DNA of 64,000 nt from sequence record NZ_OX291475.1; one strand, written 5' to 3'. Below, one piece after another: positions 1 to 10,178 of the stretch. The translations under genes were made by a program, and so were the position numbers. Numbering within the stretch: the stretch's first letter is position 1; every line of letters starts with the position of its first letter. The DNA is from a plasmid. Under the pieces are notes generated by a model, which had not been told where the DNA came from, made no database searches, and saw nothing but the letters and a program-made list of their open reading frames with translations.

Positions 1-1057
1 GTCGACCGATGAACCCCGTAACGCCAGCCGCAAAGAGAGCGAAGCCGGACTGACCGGCACCTTACTGGGGCACGGTCAAGCTCGCTATAACTTCGACGAG
101 TCGGAGAACAACAGCTACTACGTGCATTTACGCACGGCCGGGGGCGAACGGTACATTTGGGGGAAAGAACTTGCCCAAATCGTACCCGCCAGTGGTCTCA
201 AGAAGGATGACGTTGTTACGCTGAGATGGTTAGGCAATAAAGAAGTGACTGTTACGGCTAAAGTTCGGGATGAAAAGGGAAAGGTCATTGTTAATGCCGA
301 CGGTACTGAGAAAACGGAGGAAATCGCCACCCATCGCAACCAGTGGGAAATTAAACCAGCTATCGACCCACAATTACTGGTCAGCCACGAGCAACAGGCC
401 ACGCCACCGGCAACATTGGTTGCTTACGACATGACCCACTTTACCGCATTGCAGCAACAAGTGATCCAACTGGCCAAAGATGCCGGTATCACGCTGCCGC
501 CACTCCCAGAACCTTCCAACGACTTGGTGTGGCTTAAACCCAACGGGGAAGGAACCGCCGCCCCGGCAACACGCCCGGCACAACCAAACCTGCCGGTACA
601 AACCCAGGATGCCGGTACGGTATTGATGAAAGCAATGGACAGTGAAAATCAGCTCAAGCTACTGCTGGTTAAAGGCCTGGGTGAGTATGTTCAGGGCGTT
701 GTGCAATATCAGGGCGAATATCATCCGGTGCTGGGCAAACTCTGCACCAATGACAAGGGCCATCGTTATCTGGCACTCAATGCTGTGACTACCGACGGTG
801 TGACAGCGATCGGTTATGGCAATGCAGTCAATCATGAGGCTGGAGCCAATAATGCCTTTGTTTTCCGGCTGAAAGGGGAAAAGGATCGCCTCTACGCACC
901 ACTGGTTGAACCGGCAAAGTGTCCCCCGGCCCTGCATAAACAACTTGGGTTTACGCACGACTACACTCCACCGTCGCAAGCCCCGCAGCGCCGGGACATC
1001 GATATTGTGGAGAACACCTCCCGGCCTACCCCGCAGTCACCCCGTCCTGGGGTGTAA
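1..1057 (+). CDS. 3' part of a large ORF entering from upstream (at least 352 aa visible). It is a tra-region protein in the position of the pri/primase-like gene that precedes traL in IncL/M-type operons. Its function cannot be assigned from this fragment.
   Basis: The frame is open from nt 2 to the stop at 1057 with no start in the window (the listed ORF 122..1057 starts at an internal GTG). The next gene starts 10 nt downstream with its own RBS. Confidence 0.4.
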   Translation, partial: STDEPRNASRKESEAGLTGTLLGHGQARYNFDESENNSYYVHLRTAGGERYIWGKELAQIVPASGLKKDDVVTLRWLGNKEVTVTAKVRDEKGKVIVNADGTEKTEEIATHRNQWEIKPAIDPQLLVSHEQQATPPATLVAYDMTHFTALQQQVIQLAKDAGITLPPLPEPSNDLVWLKPNGEGTAAPATRPAQPNLPVQTQDAGTVLMKAMDSENQLKLLLVKGLGEYVQGVVQYQGEYHPVLGKLCTNDKGHRYLALNAVTTDGVTAIGYGNAVNHEAGANNAFVFRLKGEKDRLYAPLVEPAKCPPALHKQLGFTHDYTPPSQAPQRRDIDIVENTSRPTPQSPRPGV

Positions 1058-1066
1058 GGAGTCATT

Positions 1067-1558
1067 ATGCAATTACGCTCAATTTTACTGGCCGCGTTGC
1101 TGGCCAGTACGTTTACGTTGCCGACGCATGCCGCAACGTGTCGGGCAGCCTCAGCGGCTCAAATCGGTGCTCAAAACGGCTATGAACGGGATCGTAAGGC
1201 AGCAGAAGCCTGGTCTCAGCGCGAAAATCAGGTGTCCAGTGGATTGCAGCAGTGTTTAGGCGATATCAGCACAGCGATCACCGTGCCAACCTTTCCCGAT
1301 CTGAGCGGTATTCTCAACGGAATAAAAGACAAGATTTGCCGCGCCGCACACGACAAGATCCAAGAGTATATTCCGAGTCAAATTGACCCCTGGGGGGATT
1401 TATCCTCTCGCAGCGGTGGCCTGGTCGGCACATCTTCCCGTTCGGCCAATGTGCCAAAGAATTACGCTCCAACCTCTTACCAACAGGCCCCTGTTGCTTC
1501 CTCACCGCCATCGCAACCCTCTAACGCGACCGGCGGGGATTACCTCTTTAGCCGTTAA
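1067..1558 (+). CDS. Small secreted T4SS-associated protein (TraL-like position)
   Basis: The ATG is preceded by TAAGGAG. The N-terminal signal peptide is MQLRSILLAALLASTFTLPTHAA. The gene is collinear with the tra operon. Confidence 0.45.
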   Translation: MQLRSILLAALLASTFTLPTHAATCRAASAAQIGAQNGYERDRKAAEAWSQRENQVSSGLQQCLGDISTAITVPTFPDLSGILNGIKDKICRAAHDKIQEYIPSQIDPWGDLSSRSGGLVGTSSRSANVPKNYAPTSYQQAPVASSPPSQPSNATGGDYLFSR

Positions 1559-1581
1559 TACGTCTTCCGCCAAATCAGCGG

Positions 1582-2325
1582 ATGCTACCTGTTCCTCCTT
1601 GCAGCCTCACCGGGCATAACCTGGTGGGGCCAGTGCCCGTGGATAACGTAATGCAAAAGAAACAACCTGTGCCTCCTTCACAGGAGTTACCTGGTCCCTA
1701 CGACGCCGCCATCGCGCAGCATCAGGCCAATCAACTGAATGTTAGCTTAACCCGCAAGTCATTGACCGCCAACGTGTGGCAAAGCGCCACCATCACCCTC
1801 TGTCTGTTGATTATTGGTGTGTTGATCTACGCCGTTTTACACCCGCCGGTGAAGTATTTCGCCACACAGGATGGTCGCGTAATTCCCCTTACTCCAACAG
1901 ACCAAGCCGCGTACAGCGATGCCGATGTGACCGACTTTGGTAACCGTGTGATACGTGAAGCCTTCACGCTCGACTTCGTCAATTACCGAACGCAGATGAA
2001 TAACCTGCTTCCGCGTTTTTCCGATGAGGGATTTCGCAGTTACTACACCGCGTTGACGACGTCCAACGTCCTCGCGGCCGTTAAAGACAAGAAAATGAAC
2101 ATGTCCGTTATGACCTCTCCGGGAGTCATCGTCAGCAAAGGGACGCTGGAGAACGGTGTTTATGCCTGGAAAATCCAGTACCCCACCAAATTCAAGATGA
2201 CAGGCCAAACGTCGTCTCTGCCCGAACAAAGTTTTGTTGTGTCGCTGCTGATTCAACGTACCGATCCCCGGTTGAAAAACACCGGCATGGAAGTGTCCCA
2301 GCTCATTACCTATGAGGCTCAATAG
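1582..2325 (+). CDS. Bitopic inner-membrane T4SS protein (VirB8/TraM-like position). An alternative start is at 1651.
   Basis: There is a single TM segment (WQSATITLCLLIIGVLIYAVL) near the N-terminus followed by a periplasmic domain. Gene order matches traM. Confidence 0.4.
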   Translation: MLPVPPCSLTGHNLVGPVPVDNVMQKKQPVPPSQELPGPYDAAIAQHQANQLNVSLTRKSLTANVWQSATITLCLLIIGVLIYAVLHPPVKYFATQDGRVIPLTPTDQAAYSDADVTDFGNRVIREAFTLDFVNYRTQMNNLLPRFSDEGFRSYYTALTTSNVLAAVKDKKMNMSVMTSPGVIVSKGTLENGVYAWKIQYPTKFKMTGQTSSLPEQSFVVSLLIQRTDPRLKNTGMEVSQLITYEAQ

Positions 2326-2327
2326 TT

Positions 2328-3335
2328 ATGAAAACCCCTTTTGCCGGTCTGTTATTACTGACTGTCGCCAACAGTTTTGCCGCCACTACCGCTGATGTTA
2401 CCCCGGCACCGAACGCTTGGCAGCCTGCCCAAACGATGGGCAACGCCCCGGCAGCAAATGTGGTTCAAAACACCCCGGTACCGGTGCAGGCAACGACAAA
2501 CTCGGCCCCTAATACCCCTTTACCTCCGGCTGGGAATACACCGTTGCCCTCACCGGCACTGACTTATGCCGAAGGTCAAATGGCCCCCCTTTCCCCGGAC
2601 GATGTAACGCACCTGCGTAGCACATTCGATCAGCTGCAGCGCAGTGAGAGTCGCTCCCCGGTGACTGCCGTCCCGCGGGTCAGTTCACTGACAGTGAATC
2701 TGTCACCTGGAGCATCGTTACCCATGCTGCGAGCACTACCAAACTTCCCAAGCACCGTATCATTCACCGATGAAACCGGCGCCCCCTGGAATATCGCGGC
2801 CCCCCCGGTGAACGGTAACGAAAGCGGTTTCTATATCCAGTTCATTCCAAACAGCGCAGTGATGTCCGTACAGGCAAGGCGTGCCTATGACTCCGGCAGC
2901 GTCACGGTTTACTTGCAAGGCTTGCCAGTACCGGTGGTCATTGCGTTATCCAGTGGTGAGCCGGATAACGCGGACAAAGCTCAGATAACTGACAGCAGCC
3001 TTAACCTGCGGATCCCCATGCGCGGGCCTGCAGCCAAAGCATTGCCGATCGCAAGAGAGAAAATCAGTTTGGATAACCCCACACTGCAAGCCTTCCTTGA
3101 TGGTACCCCGCCCAAAGAAGCCAAACGGTTGAAAACCAGTGGCAATGTCCCGATGACCAACGTCTGGCAGATAGGTGATGACCTTTATATCCGGTCTCGC
3201 AGTGAGCTACGGGATGCCTTTGTTGAGACCTCCTCTGCCGCTGACGGTACCCACATCTGGAAGCTGCCGGTGACCCCGGAAGTCGTTTTCTCCGTTCAAG
3301 GGCGTAATGCCACTCTGAACATCAACCTGGAGTAA
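2328..3335 (+). CDS. Secreted T4SS core protein (VirB9/TraN-like position)
   Basis: It has a signal peptide (MKTPFAGLLLLTVANSFAATTA), a Pro/Thr-rich linker and a beta-rich C-terminus. It lies immediately upstream of the VirB10-like gene. Confidence 0.45.
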   Translation: MKTPFAGLLLLTVANSFAATTADVTPAPNAWQPAQTMGNAPAANVVQNTPVPVQATTNSAPNTPLPPAGNTPLPSPALTYAEGQMAPLSPDDVTHLRSTFDQLQRSESRSPVTAVPRVSSLTVNLSPGASLPMLRALPNFPSTVSFTDETGAPWNIAAPPVNGNESGFYIQFIPNSAVMSVQARRAYDSGSVTVYLQGLPVPVVIALSSGEPDNADKAQITDSSLNLRIPMRGPAAKALPIAREKISLDNPTLQAFLDGTPPKEAKRLKTSGNVPMTNVWQIGDDLYIRSRSELRDAFVETSSAADGTHIWKLPVTPEVVFSVQGRNATLNINLE

Positions 3336-3339
3336 AACC

Positions 3340-4572
3340 ATGGCTATTGAAAAAGATGCCGCCAGCGACGGGAAAAAGACCGCCATGGTCATAGCAGGTG
3401 CCGTCGTAATTATCGGTGCAGGTGTCTACCTTGGGTGGGGCTACCTAAACCGCCCTGAACCAACCCCATCGCAGTACAAACTCAATCGTGTCGCTAATAA
3501 TGCGCCTCGCAACAGCGCCGAAACCGTCCAGTACCAGCGACTGCAAAGCGAGGCCAACACCATCGGCTATAAAACGGCTGACAATGGTGGAACCAGTTTT
3601 GTAGCGTCATTGCGAATGAGTGACATCAATGCAGAAATGCCAGCACCGGCACCACAGCCGGTCAGCCTGAATACGACACCAGTTGATACTCAGGAAGGCA
3701 GCAATCCACAAAATGGCGGTATTGCCGAAGACCAAAAAGCGGCGTTGAAGGGTTATTTGAAAACACTCAACGATCGCTGGAAGCCCGGGAATATGCAGTT
3801 GGCCAGCGCCTTTGGTCAGGGAGCTCAGAACCAACAAGGTACAAACCAACCAGCTGACACATCCGCAGGCGGTTCATTCGGGAACTGGACTCAAAGTCTA
3901 CCTGGGAATGCACCAACGGTAACCCCCGCCAGTCTGGAGGCACAAGCCAAAACCCGGGCAGACATCGTGGTCGTACCGCCAAATACCCGTCGCCCTGGTG
4001 TAATCGACAGCGCTGTGGATTCTGACAACCTCAACTCCATCGTTCTCGCGCATATTCCTGCAGGCGTGCTGGCGGGTGCCAGTTTCACCGCTCAGGGTGT
4101 TCAGTTGGCTGGCGATGGTGTCGTGATCCACTTTACCCGCATGACGCTTAACGGCGCTGATTACCAGGTAGACGCTTACGCCCTGCAGGACGACACGTTG
4201 CAATCGGCGGTAGCAAGTGATGTTAGCAACCGCTACTTCAGCCGCATTTTTGTGCCAGCCCTTGCCTCGAGCGTCGGCGGCCTTGGAGATCTCTACAAGC
4301 AACAGAACACCCAAATACTGTCCACCAATGCAGGGACGATTTCCGGCGGTACCGGCAAGGTCAGCGGTTCAGCTGTGGCCGGCACGATTGTCGGCGGCCT
4401 GGGAGCCAATGCCGGCAAGGTGATGACCAATGATGCTTCTCGCCTCCCGGTCAAGCAGGTCAAAGTGTTCAAAAATCAAATCGTGGCCATCCAATTTATG
4501 AAAGGGGTGTATGAGAGCGACAGAGTCAATAAAAGCGCAGTAGTTACACCGCTCAACGCAGGAGAACAGTAA
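3340..4572 (+). CDS. VirB10/TraO-like T4SS protein
   Basis: The N-terminal TM (AMVIAGAVVIIGAGVYLGWGY) is followed by a Pro-rich linker and a C-terminal beta domain, the typical VirB10/TrbI architecture. RBS GGAG. Confidence 0.55.
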   Translation: MAIEKDAASDGKKTAMVIAGAVVIIGAGVYLGWGYLNRPEPTPSQYKLNRVANNAPRNSAETVQYQRLQSEANTIGYKTADNGGTSFVASLRMSDINAEMPAPAPQPVSLNTTPVDTQEGSNPQNGGIAEDQKAALKGYLKTLNDRWKPGNMQLASAFGQGAQNQQGTNQPADTSAGGSFGNWTQSLPGNAPTVTPASLEAQAKTRADIVVVPPNTRRPGVIDSAVDSDNLNSIVLAHIPAGVLAGASFTAQGVQLAGDGVVIHFTRMTLNGADYQVDAYALQDDTLQSAVASDVSNRYFSRIFVPALASSVGGLGDLYKQQNTQILSTNAGTISGGTGKVSGSAVAGTIVGGLGANAGKVMTNDASRLPVKQVKVFKNQIVAIQFMKGVYESDRVNKSAVVTPLNAGEQ

Positions 4573-5315
4573 TGTCCAAGTCCCATTTTGATCTTGATAC
4601 CCCCCCACCGGAGCCATTGGCGGAAGATACCGATATCCCTGAAACGCCCATCGTCAGTAAGCCCATAAAACAAAAGCTCATTACATTGCCGCTCGGTATC
4701 AAGGTGACACCGATTCAGGCAGGAATAATGGCGTTGAGTCTCATCGGGATCGTGATGTTCGGTGTGATGCGCAACAACCCACATGACAGCGGTGCCCCGC
4801 CACAGTTTGCGGCCCAGGAGGTGGTGAGTCCGTCAGTTCCGACACCGGTAATATCCTCTCCTGCTGCCCCCGCCACTCGGGATCAGCCAACGTCGGCAGC
4901 AATGCCAATCCCCGAACCCACCGAGCACGCCATTGTTACTGAAGCAACACAGCGCGCTATCGAGAACAACCGTGTATTTAGTGAGAACAACCGGGAAGGA
5001 ATCAAGGCACTCGACGAGAGAATACGCGCACTGGAACGCCAGGTTAATGCGCTGGCACAGCGCTCATCGTCCGCAATGGTTACCCCGCAACCTACAACCG
5101 TGGCTCGCTCAGCCAATCATGGTCTTCGGGCCAGCACAAAAAACCATTCCCTTCGTGGTGCAACGATCGCAAGCCTTTATCCGGGGCTAGCATGGGTTAA
5201 TTACCAAGGCAGCACCTGGGCGCTACGTCCCGGTGATCGCATTGGTAATGCCACCGTTCAGAGTATTGACACCACACAACGCCAAGTGATCACCACCGCC
5301 GGTGTTATCCGGTAG
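4572..5315 (+). CDS. T4SS protein with one TM segment (TraP-like position)
   Basis: The start overlaps the previous stop (TAATG) and is preceded by RBS GGAG. There is one TM segment. Confidence 0.35.
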   Translation: MSKSHFDLDTPPPEPLAEDTDIPETPIVSKPIKQKLITLPLGIKVTPIQAGIMALSLIGIVMFGVMRNNPHDSGAPPQFAAQEVVSPSVPTPVISSPAAPATRDQPTSAAMPIPEPTEHAIVTEATQRAIENNRVFSENNREGIKALDERIRALERQVNALAQRSSSAMVTPQPTTVARSANHGLRASTKNHSLRGATIASLYPGLAWVNYQGSTWALRPGDRIGNATVQSIDTTQRQVITTAGVIR

Positions 5316-5323
5316 GGAGAACT

Positions 5324-5854
5324 ATGGATTTGGTCCAAATGCTGGCCAATGCCGTCAATAACGTGACCGCTGTCGGGATCCAACTGGTTCTTGCGCTGGG
5401 TGCTGTTGGCGGTCTGGTCATGTTGGCGTTGCACTTTGGAAACATTGCCAGCAAAGCCAGGCGCGGCCAGGTACAGGATGGCGCAGGGAAAATCCTGTCC
5501 GTCGTATTGGTGTGCGGCTGCATCATCGCACTGCACCAAGTCATGAACGCGACCTCGCAGCAGATGGCTCTGGGCAATGTCACCTTTGGCGCAATTGCTT
5601 ATGTGTCAGAGGGCAAATATGGCCCGGCTGCGGTCGCCATTAACGCCGGCCTGACTTTGCTGCAGTGGGTCGGCGTTATTTATGCGTTGCAAGGTTTACT
5701 CCGGTTGCGACGTTCACAGAAGGACGGCCATACCGGACTCAGTGCCGGTGAGGATGTTTCAAGCGGCGTTAAACGAATCATTGTCGGCACAATGCTCGCA
5801 GTCAGTCCCCGGGTACTCGATGCCCTTCAAAACACACTTAACATTCATTGGTAA
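5324..5854 (+). CDS. Small polytopic membrane protein of the T4SS (TraQ-like position)
   Basis: RBS GGGAGA. Hydrophobic segments span most of the protein. Confidence 0.35.
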   Translation: MDLVQMLANAVNNVTAVGIQLVLALGAVGGLVMLALHFGNIASKARRGQVQDGAGKILSVVLVCGCIIALHQVMNATSQQMALGNVTFGAIAYVSEGKYGPAAVAINAGLTLLQWVGVIYALQGLLRLRRSQKDGHTGLSAGEDVSSGVKRIIVGTMLAVSPRVLDALQNTLNIHW

Positions 5855-5869
5855 AACATAGAGGTAATA

Positions 5870-6271
5870 ATGAAAGCTCGTCACTCCCTGAAAGATATCC
5901 CCCTGTTCGTCGCGGTTAAAGGTGCCCTCATGGCCGATGCAGTACGCCGGTATTATGCCCGTGCCATTGCCGGGGGACTCGCGTGGTTCCTGACCCCTCT
6001 GGCCCATGCTGACGATGACATCGCCGGTATGATCAAAGGGTGGCTTGATGGGATTTACTCGCTTAAAGAACCGATCGTCAATGCCTCCATGGTCATCGGA
6101 ATTGGATGCATTGCCGGAGCAATTGGTCTGATGGCCACTAAGAAAAACAACCCTCAAATTAAAGTTGGGCACATTCTGGTCCTGTTGGTTGCTGGCGCAT
6201 GCTTTATTGCACTCGATCAGATGGCCAGCCGTAGCCAGAAGCAGATGACCCTTAACCCAGTAGGCATTTAA
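5870..6271 (+). CDS. Small membrane protein (TraR/pilin-like position)
   Basis: RBS GAGGT. There are two hydrophobic segments. Confidence 0.35.
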   Translation: MKARHSLKDIPLFVAVKGALMADAVRRYYARAIAGGLAWFLTPLAHADDDIAGMIKGWLDGIYSLKEPIVNASMVIGIGCIAGAIGLMATKKNNPQIKVGHILVLLVAGACFIALDQMASRSQKQMTLNPVGI

Positions 6272-6355
6272 CACCTGATGGCCAGTCCAAAGGGCTGGCC
6301 ATTTCGTTGAGGCTCGCCCTTCGCCTCCACTGTTCCCTCCAGCCCTGGAGTTCAT

Positions 6356-6961
6356 ATGTTGGTTTTTTCTATTTCCCAGCGGGTTGCTGGGTTTTCTCGA
6401 TCGGCAAAACAACAAGAAATTCTAGATGTGACTGCACGCCAGAGTGGACACTGCTGCGAATTCTGCGGTTATGAGTCGCTTAAGAACACGGCAATTTTCC
6501 GCGACAACAATCCTTTGAATACAGCCCCTGAAAACCTCAGTGTTGTTGATCCGCTGTGCCAGGCGTGGCAGCAACTCGATACCGTTACTGCAGAAGCCGG
6601 CGTAATGATCTACCTGCCGGCGTTACAGCCCGAAGATGTCAATCACCTGCAGCGGGCCATTGCCCAAGCACTGAGTTCAGAAGACGAAGACTACCGCCGG
6701 GACGCCAAGGCCTTGCTGGATTGGCTGACGTCGCACGACAAACCGGTACAACAGGCCTGGGGAACAACACATCCACAGGCATTCGGCGATGCACTTAAAC
6801 AATTACCTACCGATCGCCGAAGTCTTCTTCTATCACGCTGCCGTCACCTGGCGTTAGCGCTGCACCCTGGCCGCATTGTCGGCCGACTAGCCACCACGGG
6901 TTTGGATGCTGGCACCACCTGGTGGTTACACCTGTACCGTGATTACAAAGCCCGGAGTTGA
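6356..6961 (+). CDS. tra-operon protein of unknown function (201 aa)
   Basis: RBS GGAG. The stop overlaps the VirB4 start region. Confidence 0.3.
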   Translation: MLVFSISQRVAGFSRSAKQQEILDVTARQSGHCCEFCGYESLKNTAIFRDNNPLNTAPENLSVVDPLCQAWQQLDTVTAEAGVMIYLPALQPEDVNHLQRAIAQALSSEDEDYRRDAKALLDWLTSHDKPVQQAWGTTHPQAFGDALKQLPTDRRSLLLSRCRHLALALHPGRIVGRLATTGLDAGTTWWLHLYRDYKARS

Positions 6962-6963
6962 CC

Positions 6964-9900
6964 ATGATTATTGATAAAATCGAAGACGCACTTGCCTTCT
7001 TCTCCCGCTATACCCTGGGCAGAGATTTCGCGCAGTATTGTGACCTGCGCACCGTCATTGGCATGACGCCCGACGATAGAATTCGTCACCCGTCTCTGGA
7101 CGCACCTTACATCCATGTCACCCACAACAATGATTACGCCAGCTGTTTTGAAGTCCTTGGCGCATTTCGAGAATTTAGCGAAAACGTGCCTAAGACACCG
7201 ACCGAACAACCCGAGGCCGACAGCTACCTGCGTTTTGTGTTGAAACTTCGGGATGCACTAACAGGCGACTTTAAGGCTCTGGGCCATAAAATCAGCATTG
7301 TTTTCGAGCGGGATCCTAGTCGCGGTAAAGAAGAAATTTCCCGATTGGTGGAACCCCAGCGGCAGGCCTATCGCAAACTCGGGTTAACACTTGATGATCT
7401 GGTCGATGAGCAAATCACCAAAATGTCCCCCTATGTTGCCCGCGAGCGTGTATGGCTGACGGTTTACACGGCTATTTCCTCCCTGCCCGCAGCGGAACGT
7501 AAAGAAGAAACACAACGCCAGGAGCAACAGTTTAAAAATGTACCGGAGGCCCGATTCGGTCAAAATCCGGTGTTTGCTGAGTTTGAGGGACTGAAACTCC
7601 GACACGATGCCTTTATCGACAAGTTGGCCAACGACCTCACTAATGGTAACGAGGGGGTGATGGTTCGCTTACTGGACGCTCACGAAGCAGGGCATATCTT
7701 GCGCGACGAAATCGAACGCCTCAGCACGGATGAAAGCTGGCAACCTCTGCTTCCTGGCGACCGGGTGATCCCACATGGAAAATTGCGCGATGACGATATC
7801 AGTGGTGCATTGGCTCCTCACCTCAATTTCCAATATTGCGATACCGAGGTAACACCCCACGGTAATTTGATCGAAGTTGACGGATTGTTCCATGGCCAGC
7901 TCGCAATGACGCTGGCACCACAGCGGCCAGAACCTTTCAGCCAATTGTTCAAAAAGGTTCCCCGGCAAATCCCCTGGCGCTTACGTCTGGATCTGATGCC
8001 CGGCGGTGGTGCTCATCTCAATAACAAACAGAACCTGCTGTCTTTTGTCGCTTTCGTACCGTCTCTGCGTGATATCTACAAATCAGTATCCTGGTTGGTG
8101 ATGCAAGATAAAAAAGAACCGGTGTGCATGATGAGCATAACAGCCAGTACCTGGGATGCTGATAAAAGCCGGTTGAAGCGCAACCTGACGCTTCTACAAA
8201 AATCGATTCAGGCCTGGGGAGTCACCTCCGTCACCCGAACCTTTGGTGATCCAATACGAGCCTGGATAAATACCTTGCCACTGGCATCCAGTTACAGCGC
8301 GCCAAATCTGATGTTTCCTCCGTTATCCGAAGGCATCAAGCTGATGCCTCTGCAGCGCCCTGCCAGTCCGTGGGGCAATGAGGGTAACTCAATACACCAA
8401 ACCGTTGATGGCAAGCCCTATCCGATCGGGTTAGCCAGTGCGCTCCAGGAAAAACATACCGAGTTACTGGCTGGCGCTCCAGGTTCAGGAAAATCGTTGT
8501 TGGCCAACAGCCTGCACCTTGATGCGATAACCAATGGCAACAGTGATTTGCCGTTTATGGCCTTTATAGATAAGGGGTTTACTGCTCAAGGCTTTTACGA
8601 TTTGGTTCATGACAGCCTTCCCGTTGACCAGAAAGACAAGATCATCAGCATCATTCTGCAGAACGTCGCAGACCATTGCCGCAACCCATTTGATATTCAA
8701 TTAGGTCTGAAATACCCCATCAGCACTGAGCGTGATTACTTGCTGAGATTATTGACCAGCCTGTGCATCGATCCACAAACAGGTCTCGCCCCGGATGCGA
8801 CGTCATGCAAACAGATCCTGTCCCGCGCCGTTGACCTGGTGTTTCGCAAAAACAGTGACACCGAACCCGTGCGGTATGGCCCGACACTGGTTCCGGAAGT
8901 GGATGCGGCGCTCAAAAACAGTGGCTGTATCTCTCAGCACGACACGCAATGGTGGGAATTGGCCACATGGTACGAAGTTCGTGACATGTTGTTTGAACAT
9001 GGCCATGTCTATGAAGCCTCTCTTGCTCAGGCGCAGGCGGTTCCCGAGCTGAATGATCTCCAGGGCGCCCTCAATAGTGAAGAGTTGCGAACGGCGTTTG
9101 GCATGGTCAACCGCCCGGGATCGGATGAAACATTACTCAGTTACGTTTCGCGTTGCCTGACTCAGGCGCTATTTGATTATCCACTGATTTCCGGTCGCAC
9201 ACGATTTACCGTCAGCCCCAACACCCGCATCAGGATAGTCGACGTCAATAACGTGGCCGGTAACGATTCGCCCGAAGGTAAAATCCGTACCGGTATCATG
9301 TACCAATTTGCTCGCCATTTAGCGGGAGGTACTGACTTCTATCTGCCACAAATACAGACAGAACTGTATGCCAAATTGGATCCGCGCTACATCCAACTGC
9401 ACCGCAAACGCATCGAGCAGTTGGATCAGGAGATCAAACTCATCTTCATTGATGAGCTGCATAACATCAAAGGCATTGATGCACTCTGGTCGGCCTTACA
9501 AACGGAGGATAGGGAGAAACGCAAGTTTGGTGTCCGTACTGTTTTCGCATCGCAGTACCTGGACGATTATCCTCAAACCATACTGGACTCGGCGAACTCG
9601 CTCTATTTACTTCGGGTACGTACTCAGGACTTCGACATTCTACAAACCACCTTCAAAGTCCCGCGGGCCACATTATTGAAACTCCTGAACACAACCAAAG
9701 GCCCGGCACCAGATGGCAGTGGTGTCACCTTCCTTGCCGTGTTCCAAACCACCAATGGCAACGTCGCACAGCTGTTGAAAAATACCGTCGGCCCTCTGCG
9801 CCTCTGGGCTTTGAACTCCACACCGGCAAACAGAGCATTACGCAATATGTTGTATGACGCGCTGGATGGCAAAACCGCACGACGGCTCCTGGCTGATGCC

Positions 9901-10038
9901 TTTCCCGGTGGCTCTGCAGAGAACCATATCAAGATGTTGAAAAAGCGTGCCGGCAACGACGATGAAGGTGGCGCCATTCGTCAGTTGGCAAATGAACTCA
10001 TCGCCAAAGCCGGCTATATCCAGGGGAATGCTGCTTAA
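6964..10038 (+). CDS. traU: VirB4-family conjugative transfer ATPase (TraU-like, ~1025 aa)
   Basis: The Walker A motif GAPGSGKS is in the C-terminal half and the Walker B motif LIFIDELHNI is also present. The size matches MPF-I VirB4 homologues. The listed ORF begins at TTG 6958; ATG 6964 with RBS GGAG is preferred. Confidence 0.85.
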   Translation: MIIDKIEDALAFFSRYTLGRDFAQYCDLRTVIGMTPDDRIRHPSLDAPYIHVTHNNDYASCFEVLGAFREFSENVPKTPTEQPEADSYLRFVLKLRDALTGDFKALGHKISIVFERDPSRGKEEISRLVEPQRQAYRKLGLTLDDLVDEQITKMSPYVARERVWLTVYTAISSLPAAERKEETQRQEQQFKNVPEARFGQNPVFAEFEGLKLRHDAFIDKLANDLTNGNEGVMVRLLDAHEAGHILRDEIERLSTDESWQPLLPGDRVIPHGKLRDDDISGALAPHLNFQYCDTEVTPHGNLIEVDGLFHGQLAMTLAPQRPEPFSQLFKKVPRQIPWRLRLDLMPGGGAHLNNKQNLLSFVAFVPSLRDIYKSVSWLVMQDKKEPVCMMSITASTWDADKSRLKRNLTLLQKSIQAWGVTSVTRTFGDPIRAWINTLPLASSYSAPNLMFPPLSEGIKLMPLQRPASPWGNEGNSIHQTVDGKPYPIGLASALQEKHTELLAGAPGSGKSLLANSLHLDAITNGNSDLPFMAFIDKGFTAQGFYDLVHDSLPVDQKDKIISIILQNVADHCRNPFDIQLGLKYPISTERDYLLRLLTSLCIDPQTGLAPDATSCKQILSRAVDLVFRKNSDTEPVRYGPTLVPEVDAALKNSGCISQHDTQWWELATWYEVRDMLFEHGHVYEASLAQAQAVPELNDLQGALNSEELRTAFGMVNRPGSDETLLSYVSRCLTQALFDYPLISGRTRFTVSPNTRIRIVDVNNVAGNDSPEGKIRTGIMYQFARHLAGGTDFYLPQIQTELYAKLDPRYIQLHRKRIEQLDQEIKLIFIDELHNIKGIDALWSALQTEDREKRKFGVRTVFASQYLDDYPQTILDSANSLYLLRVRTQDFDILQTTFKVPRATLLKLLNTTKGPAPDGSGVTFLAVFQTTNGNVAQLLKNTVGPLRLWALNSTPANRALRNMLYDALDGKTARRLLADAFPGGSAENHIKMLKKRAGNDDEGGAIRQLANELIAKAGYIQGNAA

Positions 10039-10178
10039 GGAGAAAATATGTGTGTAACAACGTTTTGGCCTCGTTTTAAACAATCATTTTTTCACTATCC
10101 CATCACCCACATCACTATTTACACCGCGCTGTTCTGGACCCTTGCCGCCTCAGTCGCACTACACATTTGGAGCTAGTC